Assembly (NCBI GenBank): GCA_005882715.1
Contig: VBEI01000005.1
Span: forward strand, 1 to 40,506
Source of the DNA: Chloroflexota bacterium
Lineage (GTDB): Bacteria > Chloroflexota > Dehalococcoidia > SM23-28-2 > RBG-16-64-32
Reading direction: 5' to 3'
DNA: 40,506 nucleotides
Shown here: positions 1-10,000 of the stretch, piece after piece
How positions within the stretch are numbered: position 1 is the stretch's first letter
Layout of the letters: each line of letters starts with the position of its first letter
Made by a program: the position numbers and the translations under genes
Notes under the pieces: model-generated
Database searches by the model: none
The model's input: the letters and a program-made list of their open reading frames with translations, nothing else
Told to the model about the DNA's origin: nothing

Positions 1-1335
1 CTGCTGGACCAGGCTAAGGAGTCCGCGGAGACGGCTAAGTACGTTGGGCAGGCGAACAGCGTGATCAAGCAGAGGCGGCGGGCTTTGACAGCCGCAGTCG
101 AAGAAGCCGCGAATGCGCTGGGTAGCGTGGACGCCCGTTACCGCTCGCTGGGGGCTCAGCGAGAGGCTGCAGAGGCGGCGCTGGCCCGGCTTGAGGCGCA
201 AGTTTCGGCGAAGGCGGTGCAACTGCGCGGCCTGGAGATGGAGCTGACCACACTAACATCCAGCGTGGAGGCGGACGAGAAGGGCCTGCGCGAGGCGAGG
301 CAGCGGATGGAAAGCTTCGTGCAGTTCGTTCAACCCGGTGAGGAAGGCTCGCATCACCTTGAGGCAAGACAGCGCGACCTGCACTCTCAGGTGATGAGCT
401 CGCAGAACCGGCTGTTCGAGAGCGAGCGCCAGGCGCTGGAGGCGGAGGCGGAGGTGCGCCGCTGGGAGACGGAAGTGGACACCATGCGAGTGCGGATCGA
501 GGAGGACGGGCTGACATTGAGCGCGGACGGAAACATCCTTTTGGAGGACGCCAAAGAGGTAGCGGTGCCGTTCTGGCTGGCCGCCGGTCAGGAGCCGGAG
601 GAAGGCGAAGGTCCGTCCTGGGAAGGACGGCCGATGTCCGGGGGCGCACACATCGACCAGGAAGGGCTGCGCGGCCAGATCGAGAGGCTGCGAGCGCAGA
701 TCCGCAACCTCGGGCCGGTAAACGTCGAGGCCCGGGAGGATTACGAATCGCTAAGCGAGCGGCACAGCTTCCTCGCGGGGCAGTTGGAAGACCTCGCCGC
801 CGCCGAGAAGTCGTTGCACCGTGCGATTGAGGAGCTTACCACGCTGATGCGCAAGCGGTTCGAGACGACGTTCGAGAAGGTGGCGCGCGGGTTCGAGCAG
901 TATTTTAAGGCGTTCTTCGGGGGCGGGCAGGCGGAGCTAAGCCTAACAGACCCAAAAGACCCGTCGAACTCGGGGGTGGAGGTTGAGGCGCGCCCGCCGG
1001 GGAAACGAACGAAGACGCTCGCGCAGCTTTCCGGCGGGGAGAAGGCGCTCACCTCGGTGTCACTGCTGTTCGCGCTGCTCCAGGCAAACCCTTCGCCATT
1101 TTGCGTGCTGGACGAAGTAGACGCGATGCTGGACGAAGCGAACGTCGGCCGCTTCGCGTCTGCGCTGCATGAACTGGCGCAGCGGACGCAGTTCATCGTG
1201 ATCACACACAATCGCCGCACGATCGAGGTGGCCGATAGCATCTACGGAGTCTCGATGGCACCCGACGGCGCTTCGCGGGTGCTTTCGATGCGACTGGCGG
1301 ACCTGCCGGCGGGCCAGACCGTGGCGGCCAACTGA
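1..1335 (+). CDS. smc: Chromosome segregation protein SMC, C-terminal part (5'-truncated by window)
   Basis: Frame open from base 1. Long coiled coil, LGPVN motif, signature LSGGE, Walker B CVLDEVDA, ITH H-loop. Lies upstream of ftsY. Confidence 0.96.
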   Translation: MLDQAKESAETAKYVGQANSVIKQRRRALTAAVEEAANALGSVDARYRSLGAQREAAEAALARLEAQVSAKAVQLRGLEMELTTLTSSVEADEKGLREARQRMESFVQFVQPGEEGSHHLEARQRDLHSQVMSSQNRLFESERQALEAEAEVRRWETEVDTMRVRIEEDGLTLSADGNILLEDAKEVAVPFWLAAGQEPEEGEGPSWEGRPMSGGAHIDQEGLRGQIERLRAQIRNLGPVNVEAREDYESLSERHSFLAGQLEDLAAAEKSLHRAIEELTTLMRKRFETTFEKVARGFEQYFKAFFGGGQAELSLTDPKDPSNSGVEVEARPPGKRTKTLAQLSGGEKALTSVSLLFALLQANPSPFCVLDEVDAMLDEANVGRFASALHELAQRTQFIVITHNRRTIEVADSIYGVSMAPDGASRVLSMRLADLPAGQTVAAN

Positions 1336-1405
1336 ACATGCTCGCTTTTCGGTAGAATAGCGGTCGGACGCTCGTTGCCGCCGTCCGCTCCGGCGAGGCG
1401 AACTG

Positions 1406-1810
1406 ATGCCCCAGCAACCGATTGAACTAATCCTCACCCGTCAGTGGGCGAGCTATTTGGCTGTGCCCGTCTGGGTTATGGGCGAAAACGGACATTTGTC
1501 GTACTACAACGAGCCGGCGGAAGCGGTCCTCGGCCGGCGCTTCGATGAGGCCGGGGAGATGCCCGCCGAGGAGCTGGCGACGATCTTTCAAACGACCCGT
1601 GAGGACGGTTCTCGGCTAAATTCCGAGTCGCTTCCGATAAACATCGCACTCTTGGAACGGCGGCCGGCCCACTTGCGTCATCGCTTCCGGGGGCTAGACG
1701 GACAGTGGCGGCTTGTGGACGTGAGTGCTTTTCCGATCGAGGGTCAGGGTGGACGGCATCTCGGCGCAGTTGCAATCTTCTGGGAAGTGGAGCCGGGCAC
1801 GGAGGGCTGA
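1406..1810 (+). CDS. Stand-alone PAS-domain protein
   Basis: 134 aa with PAS pattern (YYNEPAEAVLG...DGQWRLVDVSAFPI...GAVAIF). GAGG precedes the ATG. Confidence 0.8.
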   Translation: MPQQPIELILTRQWASYLAVPVWVMGENGHLSYYNEPAEAVLGRRFDEAGEMPAEELATIFQTTREDGSRLNSESLPINIALLERRPAHLRHRFRGLDGQWRLVDVSAFPIEGQGGRHLGAVAIFWEVEPGTEG

Positions 1811-1828
1811 AGGGCAGGCATCGCAAGG

Positions 1829-2665
1829 ATGGACGTGACTCTGTGGGGCACAAGGGGCTCGCTGGCTTCGCCGGGACCTCAAACGGCGGGCTATGGGGGA
1901 AACACATCCTGCGTGGAAGTGAGGGGCGCAGATGGCCAGTTGCTCATACTTGATGCCGGGACAGGCATCCGACCGTTGAGCGCAACGCTGGGCGCCGAGT
2001 TGCGGCGCGTGGACATTCTGTTGACGCACCTGCATATGGACCATATACAGGGCCTCGGCTTCTTCGCCGGGCTCTACAAGCCGGACCTGGAGGTGCACGT
2101 CTGGGGCCCGCCGTCCACGACGCTGCACCTGCGCGACCGGCTCGCCCGCTACCTTTCGCCGCCTTTGTTCCCTGTGCAGATGCGTGACCTTCCGAGCCGG
2201 TTGATGTTACACGACGTCCCGCTAAGCGATTTTGAAATCGAGGCGATGGGTATCAAGGCAAGCTTGGTTTGCCATCCAGGCCCCACTGTTGGCTATAGGA
2301 TCAGTGAGAACGGGAAGGCGGTGGTTTACCTTCCCGATCACGAGCCGGCGCTCGGTGCGCGCCGTTTTCCGGGCGATGCGAACTGGACCTCGGGCTTTGA
2401 GCTCGCGGAAGAGGCAGACCTACTAATCCATGATGCGCAGTACACTCCCGAGGAGTATGCCGAGCATATCGGTTGGGGACATAGCTCACTGCCACAAGCC
2501 CTGGCGTTCGCGGCTAAAGCGGCAGCGCAAGAGGTCGTGACATTTCATCACGACCCCCAGCACAACGATGCGATGCTAGATAGGATGGTCGAACAGGCGA
2601 GAAGGGCCGTTAAGTTGCCGTTCACGCTCGTGGGCGGGACAGAGGGCGCGACGTTCGCGCTTTAG
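1829..2665 (+). CDS. MBL-fold metallo-hydrolase (PhnP/RNase Z-like, possible phosphodiesterase)
   Basis: GTRGS..GGNTSC, DAGTG, THLHMDH (HxHxDH), HPG, GHS and HHDP motifs. Confidence 0.9.
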   Translation: MDVTLWGTRGSLASPGPQTAGYGGNTSCVEVRGADGQLLILDAGTGIRPLSATLGAELRRVDILLTHLHMDHIQGLGFFAGLYKPDLEVHVWGPPSTTLHLRDRLARYLSPPLFPVQMRDLPSRLMLHDVPLSDFEIEAMGIKASLVCHPGPTVGYRISENGKAVVYLPDHEPALGARRFPGDANWTSGFELAEEADLLIHDAQYTPEEYAEHIGWGHSSLPQALAFAAKAAAQEVVTFHHDPQHNDAMLDRMVEQARRAVKLPFTLVGGTEGATFAL

Positions 2666-2701
2666 TCGCCCCGCGTTCACCGACCGGATGGAGTAAGGGT
2701 C

Positions 2702-3049
2702 ATGATCGTGGCGGTCGTCGATGATCTTATGGTCGGCGTGCGCATTGAAGAGGCGGCCAAGGCTATCGGAGCGAGGGCAGAGGCGGTCTCTTCGTACGAG
2801 GAGGCCAGGCAAAGCCTGCGCTCAGGGGTAGTGGAGAGTCTGGTCGTCGATCTGGCGATTTCCGGGCTTGATCTTGATAAGCTCGTCCGAGAGGCGCGCC
2901 AGGCGCGGGCCTGGCTAATCGCTTTCTATCCGCATGTAAATGTAGAGCTGCGACGTGCGGCCAAGCGAGCGGGGGTCGAGCGAATATATCCGCGCAGCCG
3001 GTTCTTACGCGATTTGCCGAATATTCTGCGAGAACGTTTAGATAAGTAG
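2702..3049 (+). CDS. Atypical single-domain response-regulator receiver-like protein
   Basis: VAVVDD acidic pair and LVVDL putative phosphoacceptor. The canonical T/S and KP positions read YPH and YPRS. Confidence 0.65.
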   Translation: MIVAVVDDLMVGVRIEEAAKAIGARAEAVSSYEEARQSLRSGVVESLVVDLAISGLDLDKLVREARQARAWLIAFYPHVNVELRRAAKRAGVERIYPRSRFLRDLPNILRERLDK

Positions 3050-3093
3050 CAGATGTTGCCCCGTGCAGGACGCTGCCAATATCATCGAGACTA

Positions 3094-4143
3094 ATGGTCA
3101 GGCTATTCAGGCGAAAGAAGGACGAAGAACCGATCGGCGCAGAGGAAGACGCCGCTGGGGTTACGGCCGTAACCGAGGGGCCAGTACCGCCGCCCGAGGC
3201 GACGGCGCCGGAAGACGAAGCCGCGCCCGTCGATCAGGCAGTCGAGCGTACGCGGCGAACGTGGTTCAGCCGCATAGGAGGGATGTTCCGTCGCGGCTTG
3301 AACGAGGAGTTATGGGAAGAGCTGGAAGAGACCCTTGTCGCAGCGGATACCGGGGTGACGACTACGATTAAGGTCATCGATGATCTGCGGGAGCGTGTCA
3401 AGCAAGAGTCGATTCGGGATCCGGAGCAGGCCCTTGGCGTTCTGAAGGAAGACCTAATCGCGACGCTGGAAGTGGACACCGGCCGGGGTCAGATATGGCA
3501 CTCAAATGGGCATCGGCAGACGTTGCCCAGGCCGGCGATTATCCTGGTGGTGGGAGTGAACGGGACGGGGAAGACGACGAGCATCGGCAAGCTGGCGCAC
3601 GCTTACAGATCCCAGGGGAAGAAGTTGGTATTAGCCGCGGCGGATACCTTCAGGGCGGCGGCGATCGAGCAGCTGAAGGAGTGGGGACAGCGGACGGGCG
3701 TCGACGTGGTGGCACATAAGCAGGGCGCGGACCCGGGCGCGGTCGTCTTCGACGCGCTGTCTGCGGCGGAAAGCCGGGGCGCGGACGTGTTAATCATCGA
3801 CACCGCGGGAAGGCTGCACACAAAGGCGCACCTGATGGAAGAGCTGATGAAGGTGAACCGCGTTATCCAGCGCAAGTACCCGGAGGCGCCCCACGAGGTA
3901 TTGCTAGTCCTTGACGCGACGACAGGCCAGAACGCGATGCACCAGGCGAAGTACTTCACCGAAGCGGTCGGCGTAACCGGCGTCGTACTGGCAAAGCTCG
4001 ACGGGACGGCGAAAGGCGGCGTCATCTTCTCGATATGCGACCAACTCAGGGTGCCGGTGCGCTTCGTGGGTACGGGCGAGCGGCCACAGGACCTGGCGCC
4101 GTTCGAGCCGCGCGAGTTCGTCGAGGCGTTGTTCGCCTCGTAA
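3094..4143 (+). CDS. ftsY: Signal recognition particle receptor FtsY
   Basis: GVNGTGKTT, DTFRAAA, DTAGR, DATTGQN and KLDGTAKGG motifs. Short acidic N-terminal region. Confidence 0.98.
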   Translation: MVRLFRRKKDEEPIGAEEDAAGVTAVTEGPVPPPEATAPEDEAAPVDQAVERTRRTWFSRIGGMFRRGLNEELWEELEETLVAADTGVTTTIKVIDDLRERVKQESIRDPEQALGVLKEDLIATLEVDTGRGQIWHSNGHRQTLPRPAIILVVGVNGTGKTTSIGKLAHAYRSQGKKLVLAAADTFRAAAIEQLKEWGQRTGVDVVAHKQGADPGAVVFDALSAAESRGADVLIIDTAGRLHTKAHLMEELMKVNRVIQRKYPEAPHEVLLVLDATTGQNAMHQAKYFTEAVGVTGVVLAKLDGTAKGGVIFSICDQLRVPVRFVGTGERPQDLAPFEPREFVEALFAS

Positions 4144-4213
4144 GCGGACATCCCGTCGTTTTTGTCCTCAAGGGCGCCCCCATCCAATGGCCTCGCCCGC
4201 GCTCGCCCGAAGT

Positions 4214-4241
4214 GGGGAGCTGGGGGCCATCCCCAGACCCC
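4214..4241. repeat. G/C palindromic hairpin (REP-like or terminator-like) after ftsY
   Basis: GGGG-AG-CTGGGG-gccat-CCCCAG-A-CCCC. No U-tract, one copy in the window. Confidence 0.35.
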
Positions 4242-4371
4242 GGTCTGACAGCCATCGAATTGTTATTGGGAAGCACGCCTTTTAGGGCGCCTGGGTGTAC
4301 CCCCGCTCGTGAAGAACGCCTGGCCGGCCCACGTCCAAGCCCGATAGTCGAGCTTCCGCTAGACTGACAGA

Positions 4372-6123
4372 GTGCAAGACGCGCCTGAGCGTGACATAAC
4401 GACTACACCCGCGGCGCCGGCCGTACACGCGGAAGGGCCCAACGCTCAGGTCAGAGCAGGGATTACCCTCAGCGTGGAAACGTTCATCTGGACAGGTCTT
4501 GTGCTGGCAGCGGGCGCGCTCCGGCTCCCACACCTGGGTAGGCCTCCGCTCACCGTGGACGAAGGGCTGCGTGCCTTCGATGCGACGCGGGTGGCCGGTG
4601 GGGATGTGCCCCAAACGTGGCGAGGCGATCTCTCGGAAGCGGCGACCTCGTACCTGTTCCGTATCTTTGGTGAGACGGACCTGCTTGTGCGGCTCCTACC
4701 GGCGCTTGCGGGTGTGGCGATGATCGGGCTCCTTTGGTTGGCAAGGCCGTATGCGGGGCGAGTTGGAACACTCCTAGCGGCGGGGCTACTAGCATTCTCG
4801 CCGATGTTGGTCATCTATTCGCGGTCAGGAACGGAGTTTAGCCTCGGGACATTGGTGGCCGGTCTGATCATGATTTCGCTGTTCGCCTACCTCCAGAACC
4901 CGAGGTCCGGGCTCGCCTTTCCGCTCATCTTTGGGCTGGCGCTGGCGCCGCTTACCGATGCGGTAGCGATGCTCGCCGCGCTGGCCGCACTCGTCTTCCT
5001 GGCGGTGGAGGCAGTGTTCTCCTCAAACAGCGACGTCAGGCACGCCTGGCAGACGTTCAGGCGGAGTCCGCTGCAGTGGGTGACGGCGCTTCTGATCGTC
5101 GCGGCGGCCCTTCAGTTCGGGATTACGCGTTTTGGTACTTCGCTGGAGGGGCTGGACTTGCCCGGGCTGAGGCTTTTCTGGGAGATGTTCGACATGCCGC
5201 GGGACTCGCGGCCGCCGGAGTACCATTTCGCGCTGTTGTTAGCCTACGATTGGCCGCTTCTGCTCGGGGGAACGGCCGGGTTTGTGTTCGTTGCGGTAAA
5301 GTTCTTGCGACAACCGAGGAAAACCACGGCGTTCGAGCGATTTCTGCTGCTCTGGACACTGGCGGCGGCATTCGCGCTGGCGCTTACGACGAGGCGAGAG
5401 GCTGGGCAGCTGCTGATGCTGCTGCTGCCGCTAGGGCTGCTGGCCGGGAGGCTAGCGGAGGAAATCGCGGCGCGGGCCGATTGGGCGGCCACATGCCGCT
5501 GGTGGCCGGCGGGCGCGGCGGTCGCCGCGGCTGCGGCCGCTGCTGCTGTACTCATGACGAAGTGGTCGTCCGGTAACGCGGATACAACAGAGCGGCTGAC
5601 CTTCCTTGCAGCCGTGGTCATCGGCGTGGCGCTAGTCGCTCTCGTCGCTATGAGGGCGCGGGCTGGGGCGATGCCGGCCGTGGCCGTGGTGGTTGCGCTC
5701 GCGGCGACCGTATTTGTCGCCCACTCGTCTCTCGCGGTCGCGTTCTCGGGTGGGACGGAGTTCGCGGTGGACCTTCGGCTCGCGCCTCGCGCAGATCAGC
5801 TGCGTGAGACGGTCGACAAGCTGGCGCGCGAACGGGGCGGAACGATTGTTGTCGACTCAGATCTGAGCGACGAACTCGGGTGGACGTTACGGGACTCGCC
5901 GGTGGTCTTCGGCGGACCGACCAATCGCGCTTCGGCGGTGGTCTCGAGGCCCAATGCAAACCCGGCGGGGTTCGTTGCGAGGGAGGAGGTCTGGCGAGTA
6001 GCCGAGGGTTGGTACCCGGACGAGGTGCTGGCGCCGCGCCGAATGTGGCGCTGGGTGTTGTACCGGGAGCCGTACTCGGACGTGAACGCCTTGGACGTGC
6101 GTATATTCGTCAGGACGATCTAG
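4372..6123 (+). CDS. Multi-pass membrane GT-C-fold glycosyltransferase-like protein (PMT_2/TIGR03663-like)
   Basis: LRLPHLG..LTVDE loop-1 motif, RLLPALAG, AFSPMLVIYSR, many TM segments. Motifs parallel those of the next gene. Confidence 0.7.
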   Translation: MQDAPERDITTTPAAPAVHAEGPNAQVRAGITLSVETFIWTGLVLAAGALRLPHLGRPPLTVDEGLRAFDATRVAGGDVPQTWRGDLSEAATSYLFRIFGETDLLVRLLPALAGVAMIGLLWLARPYAGRVGTLLAAGLLAFSPMLVIYSRSGTEFSLGTLVAGLIMISLFAYLQNPRSGLAFPLIFGLALAPLTDAVAMLAALAALVFLAVEAVFSSNSDVRHAWQTFRRSPLQWVTALLIVAAALQFGITRFGTSLEGLDLPGLRLFWEMFDMPRDSRPPEYHFALLLAYDWPLLLGGTAGFVFVAVKFLRQPRKTTAFERFLLLWTLAAAFALALTTRREAGQLLMLLLPLGLLAGRLAEEIAARADWAATCRWWPAGAAVAAAAAAAAVLMTKWSSGNADTTERLTFLAAVVIGVALVALVAMRARAGAMPAVAVVVALAATVFVAHSSLAVAFSGGTEFAVDLRLAPRADQLRETVDKLARERGGTIVVDSDLSDELGWTLRDSPVVFGGPTNRASAVVSRPNANPAGFVAREEVWRVAEGWYPDEVLAPRRMWRWVLYREPYSDVNALDVRIFVRTI

Positions 6124-6191
6124 AGGCAAACGCGCCGAGCGGACAAGCCAAGGGCAAGAGGTAATGAACTTTGGAGCGACGGGGCTGAAGA

Positions 6192-9100
6192 ATGAGTGAA
6201 CTCGTGCGACCGCTGCCGTTAGGAACGACCGCCGCAAGAACGCGCGACACATTCAGCACGCTAACCTTGCGACTCCCGTTGACCTGGGAGGCGGCGGCTT
6301 ACGGCGTGCTGATCGCGTGCGCTTTCGGGTTCCGGTTGTGGGACCTTGGGTCAAGGGCGATGCACCATGACGAGAGCCTTCACTCGTACTACGCCTACCA
6401 GATTCTTCAGGGGCACGGCTACGAGCACAGCCCCGTGCTGCACGGGCCGTTCCAGTTTTTCGGGACGGCATTGACGTTCTTCTTGACCGGCGGCGCGTCG
6501 GATACCTCGGCACGCATCCTGCCGGCGCTATTCGGCGGCGTCCTCGTGCTGCTGCCTCTGCTGTTCCGAAGCCGGCTCGGCCGACTAGGAGCGCTAGTGA
6601 CGGCTACGTTGATCGCCTTCTCGCCGACACTGATGTATTACAGCCGCTTCGCACGCGAGGACATCTACGCGGCCGTCTTCACGCTGGGGATCGTCATCTG
6701 CGTCTGGCGCTACATCGATGAGGAGAAGCCGCATTACCTCTACATCTCGGCCGCGCTGCTGGCGCTGAGCTTTGCCACCAAGGAGACGACGTTCGTCTTC
6801 ACGGCCATAATGCTGATTTTCCTCGACCTGTGGGCGGCATTGGAATTCGCCGGTCAGGCACGCGGGAGAGGATCGAGGATGGCGCGCGGGTCAGCCTTCC
6901 TGGGATACGCGCCGTTCGCTTGGGCGATCGCGGCGCTGTGGCCGTTCATCGGAGGAATCCGCAAACGGCTGGGGCTCCAGGAGCGGCATCCAGCCGTGGA
7001 TGTCCTGGTGATCATGGGCACGCTGGCGGGGCCGCAGTTCGCGGCCGCTGTGAAGGTCCCGCTGGAAGGTGCCGGAATGGAGATTAGTCCGGGGGCCGAC
7101 GAGCGTGCGCTGGCGATCCCGGTCGTGCTCGCGCTTGTAGCCGCGAGCGTGCTCGTGGGGCTGGCTTGGGACCGGCGAGTGTGGTTGACGGCGGCCCTCT
7201 GTTTTTGGGCGCCGTATGCCCTGCTCTTCACGGCGTTTCTTACCGACATCGACGGATTCGGCGGCGGCATCTGGCAATCTCTCGACTACTGGATCGGCCA
7301 GCACGGGGCGCAGCGCGGCGACCAGCCGGAGTTTTATTACTTGATGTTCTGGCCGGCGTATGAGTACCTGGCGCTTGCGCTCGCGGGACCGGCTCTCCTG
7401 TATTACTCGCTGCGCGGCGGGCCAGGCTCCTGGCTTCTGACGGTAATCACGGTGGTTGCTTTATTGTCTGCGTTCGGAGCGGACAGCTTCGCCGACGACA
7501 CGGCGGTTGAGGTCGCCCAATGCCTTGCGCTGGCTCTGGCGGCGGTGACGCTGTTTCTCGCGGTGAAAGGCGACATTTTCGAGCGCTTTCTAGTGTTCTG
7601 GACCGTAACGAGTCTCGTCGCCTACTCGCTCGTGGGAGAGAAGATGCCCTGGCTGACGGTCCACACGACTCTTCCGCTCGTAATCCTGGCGGGCTATAGC
7701 GCCGGGCGCTTCTTCTCGTGGCTGGTGGCGAGACGGAAAGCAGACGGAGGCGCGCAACGAAGCCGCTTCAGGCCCGGGCGGGCAGTGGCGATCGCGGTGG
7801 CAGCGCCAATCGCCGTCCTCGGGGTACTAAGCATGCGCACCGCCATCCTGGCGACCTACGACCACGGGGACGTGCCGCGCGAGTTCTTGTTCTATACGCA
7901 GACATCGCCTGACGTGCCAGACGTTGTGGAGCGCGTCGACCGCATCGCCGAATCCTCGGGAAGAGGGAAGGGCCTGCGCATTCAGGTCGATCGGACGGAC
8001 CCTTGGCCGTGGGCCTGGTACTTCCGTGACTACGACGTGAGTTTCGATGAGATGGGGGCGGAGTTCCGGCCGGAAGCGGATTCAGTACTGCTTCTTTCAG
8101 CTCCGAACGAGACGTACTCCAGCGCATACATCGACAGCTATCAGCCGTCGCAGCCGTACACACTACGCTGGTGGTTCCCGGAGGACTACCGAGGCATCGG
8201 CGAGAAGAAAGACCTGGCGGAAGGCATCGCTGATTTCGCGTCGAGCCTCAAGGCCGGCCATACTTGGGAGCGCTGGTGGGGCTTCTGGTTTCACCGCGAT
8301 ATCTTGCCGCAAGGTGGAGTGGAGGGCCGGCTGTTTGTGCCGTTGGAGTTCGAGGCGGTCGATCCCGGACCGTCATCATCCACGCCTGTGGGCCGAGGCG
8401 AAACCGCGACACGGCCGGCGGCGGACCTGGAGGGACGCTACATCATCGGGCGGCTCGGTGCGGAGCCGGGGCAGATGGACCTGCCGCTGGGGGTGGCGCT
8501 CGACGCTGGCGGCAATATCTACGTCGTCGATAGCGGCAACTCTCGGATCCAGAAATTCGATCCCCGCGGGAGGCCTTTAGCGGCAGTGGGCTCGGCGGGC
8601 TCGGCGCCCGGCCAGTTCAACCAGCCTTCCGATATCGCGGTCGACGCCGCCGGGAACGTTTATGTAGCCGACACATGGAACCACCGGATCCAAAAATTCG
8701 GCGCGGACCTGACACCTATCTTGGTTTGGGGGCAGGCGACAGGCGATCTAATCAACCCCGCGCCGGACAAGTTCTGGGGCCCGCGGGGGATCGCGATTGA
8801 CCACCAGGGCGACATCCTAGTAGCCGATACGGGCACCAACCGCATCCGCAGGTACACTCCAGACGGGACGCACCTTGGCGACTTCGGGCGGCGCGGCAAG
8901 GAGGCGGGGGAGTTCGATGAGCCGACGGGAATCGCGGTTGGCCCGGACGGGTCGATCTACGTGGCGGAAGGAGGCAACGCGCGCATTCAGAAGTTCGACG
9001 CCTCGGGGAAGTTCATTGCAGCGTGGCCGATCGAGGACTGGGGCGAGCGGAGCCTGCGCAACAAGCCGCGCATCGAGGCCCTGCCTGACGGCCGCCTGAT

Positions 9101-9302
9101 CGCGACCGACGCGCCGCATGCGCGGCTACTGTTGATCGGCAAAGACGGGCATGTGACGGCGCGGTTGGGCACGGTGGTGGAGGTGCCGCTGTTCTCGCCG
9201 GAGGGGGTGGCCTTCGACCCGGAGCATGGGTTTGTCTACGTGACGGACGGGCTGGCGGGGCACATACGGCGCTTCCCGTTCACTGACTTTGCGCTGCGTT
9301 AG
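6192..9302 (+). CDS. TIGR03663-like (Agl23-type) GT-C membrane protein fused to C-terminal NHL-repeat beta-propeller
   Basis: RLWDLGSRAMHHDE, HGP, YYSRFARED, ATKE and GEKMPWL motifs. Several NHL repeats (P.GIAVD..GNVYVADTWNHRIQKF). Confidence 0.85.
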   Translation: MSELVRPLPLGTTAARTRDTFSTLTLRLPLTWEAAAYGVLIACAFGFRLWDLGSRAMHHDESLHSYYAYQILQGHGYEHSPVLHGPFQFFGTALTFFLTGGASDTSARILPALFGGVLVLLPLLFRSRLGRLGALVTATLIAFSPTLMYYSRFAREDIYAAVFTLGIVICVWRYIDEEKPHYLYISAALLALSFATKETTFVFTAIMLIFLDLWAALEFAGQARGRGSRMARGSAFLGYAPFAWAIAALWPFIGGIRKRLGLQERHPAVDVLVIMGTLAGPQFAAAVKVPLEGAGMEISPGADERALAIPVVLALVAASVLVGLAWDRRVWLTAALCFWAPYALLFTAFLTDIDGFGGGIWQSLDYWIGQHGAQRGDQPEFYYLMFWPAYEYLALALAGPALLYYSLRGGPGSWLLTVITVVALLSAFGADSFADDTAVEVAQCLALALAAVTLFLAVKGDIFERFLVFWTVTSLVAYSLVGEKMPWLTVHTTLPLVILAGYSAGRFFSWLVARRKADGGAQRSRFRPGRAVAIAVAAPIAVLGVLSMRTAILATYDHGDVPREFLFYTQTSPDVPDVVERVDRIAESSGRGKGLRIQVDRTDPWPWAWYFRDYDVSFDEMGAEFRPEADSVLLLSAPNETYSSAYIDSYQPSQPYTLRWWFPEDYRGIGEKKDLAEGIADFASSLKAGHTWERWWGFWFHRDILPQGGVEGRLFVPLEFEAVDPGPSSSTPVGRGETATRPAADLEGRYIIGRLGAEPGQMDLPLGVALDAGGNIYVVDSGNSRIQKFDPRGRPLAAVGSAGSAPGQFNQPSDIAVDAAGNVYVADTWNHRIQKFGADLTPILVWGQATGDLINPAPDKFWGPRGIAIDHQGDILVADTGTNRIRRYTPDGTHLGDFGRRGKEAGEFDEPTGIAVGPDGSIYVAEGGNARIQKFDASGKFIAAWPIEDWGERSLRNKPRIEALPDGRLIATDAPHARLLLIGKDGHVTARLGTVVEVPLFSPEGVAFDPEHGFVYVTDGLAGHIRRFPFTDFALR

Positions 9303-9351
9303 TCTGCGCGCTTTTCGGTGGCTGCGTCTCCAAACACTGTCTTGTATGCTA

Positions 9352-9367
9352 TGTGAGAATTGGCACA
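9352..9367 (+). promoter_or_regulatory. CRP/Rex-like operator upstream of nuoE-like gene
   Basis: TGTGA-N6-GCACA, 9/10 match to TGTGA-N6-TCACA. A TAGAAT -10-like hexamer lies at 9380-9385. Confidence 0.4.
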
Positions 9368-9397
9368 ATCGTCCGTTCTTAGAATGGCAGCAAGCGC

Positions 9398-10000
9398 ATG
9401 TTTTCGCAGGCCAGTCATAATTCGCGGGTAACGCCGGTCGATCCGGTGGCGGGCAGCCCCGAGCTTCTTGTCCGCATCAGCGAGCTGATCGAGGACTTGT
9501 CCGCCGACCACGTCGATCTCTTGAAGGCGTTTCACCGCATCCAACACGAGTTCGGCTACCTGCCTCACGAAGCAGTGCCGCTGCTTGCGGGGAAGTTTCG
9601 GACGACGCCGGCGATCATCTTCGGGACCATCGACTTCTACTCTGAGGTGCGTACGGCGCCAGCGGCCGAGACGACGGTTGAGTGGTGCAGCGGGCCGGCC
9701 TGCCTGCTAAAGGGATCGCTGAACATCCGGCGCGCGCTGGAGGCGATCCTGGAATGCGAGATGAACCGGACGAGCTCCAACGGCAATTTCGGCCTGCGGC
9801 TGGTCCAGTGCGATGGCACCTGCCACCTGGCGCCGCTCGTTCGGCAGGACGGGCGGTACATCGGACCGCTGACGGTCAGCGAGTCGATCGAGTGGGCGCG
9901 GCGGCTTAAAGGCGAGGACGGAGCGGTGCAGACGGAGGGCGAGGGCGCCCCTGCGGAGGAAGAGTCCTCGCAGACGGCCCAAAAGGTGGAGTCGGAATGA
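9398..10000 (+). CDS. NuoE/HydC-like thioredoxin-fold [2Fe-2S] subunit
   Basis: IQHEFGYLP, then CSGPAC...CDGTC (four Cys ligands). Stop overlaps the next ATG (ATGA). Confidence 0.9.
   Translation: MFSQASHNSRVTPVDPVAGSPELLVRISELIEDLSADHVDLLKAFHRIQHEFGYLPHEAVPLLAGKFRTTPAIIFGTIDFYSEVRTAPAAETTVEWCSGPACLLKGSLNIRRALEAILECEMNRTSSNGNFGLRLVQCDGTCHLAPLVRQDGRYIGPLTVSESIEWARRLKGEDGAVQTEGEGAPAEEESSQTAQKVESE

Noticed and set aside
4144-4371. SRP RNA next to ftsY
   Set aside because: No helix-8 motif (CAGG..GNRA..AGCAG) found on either strand.
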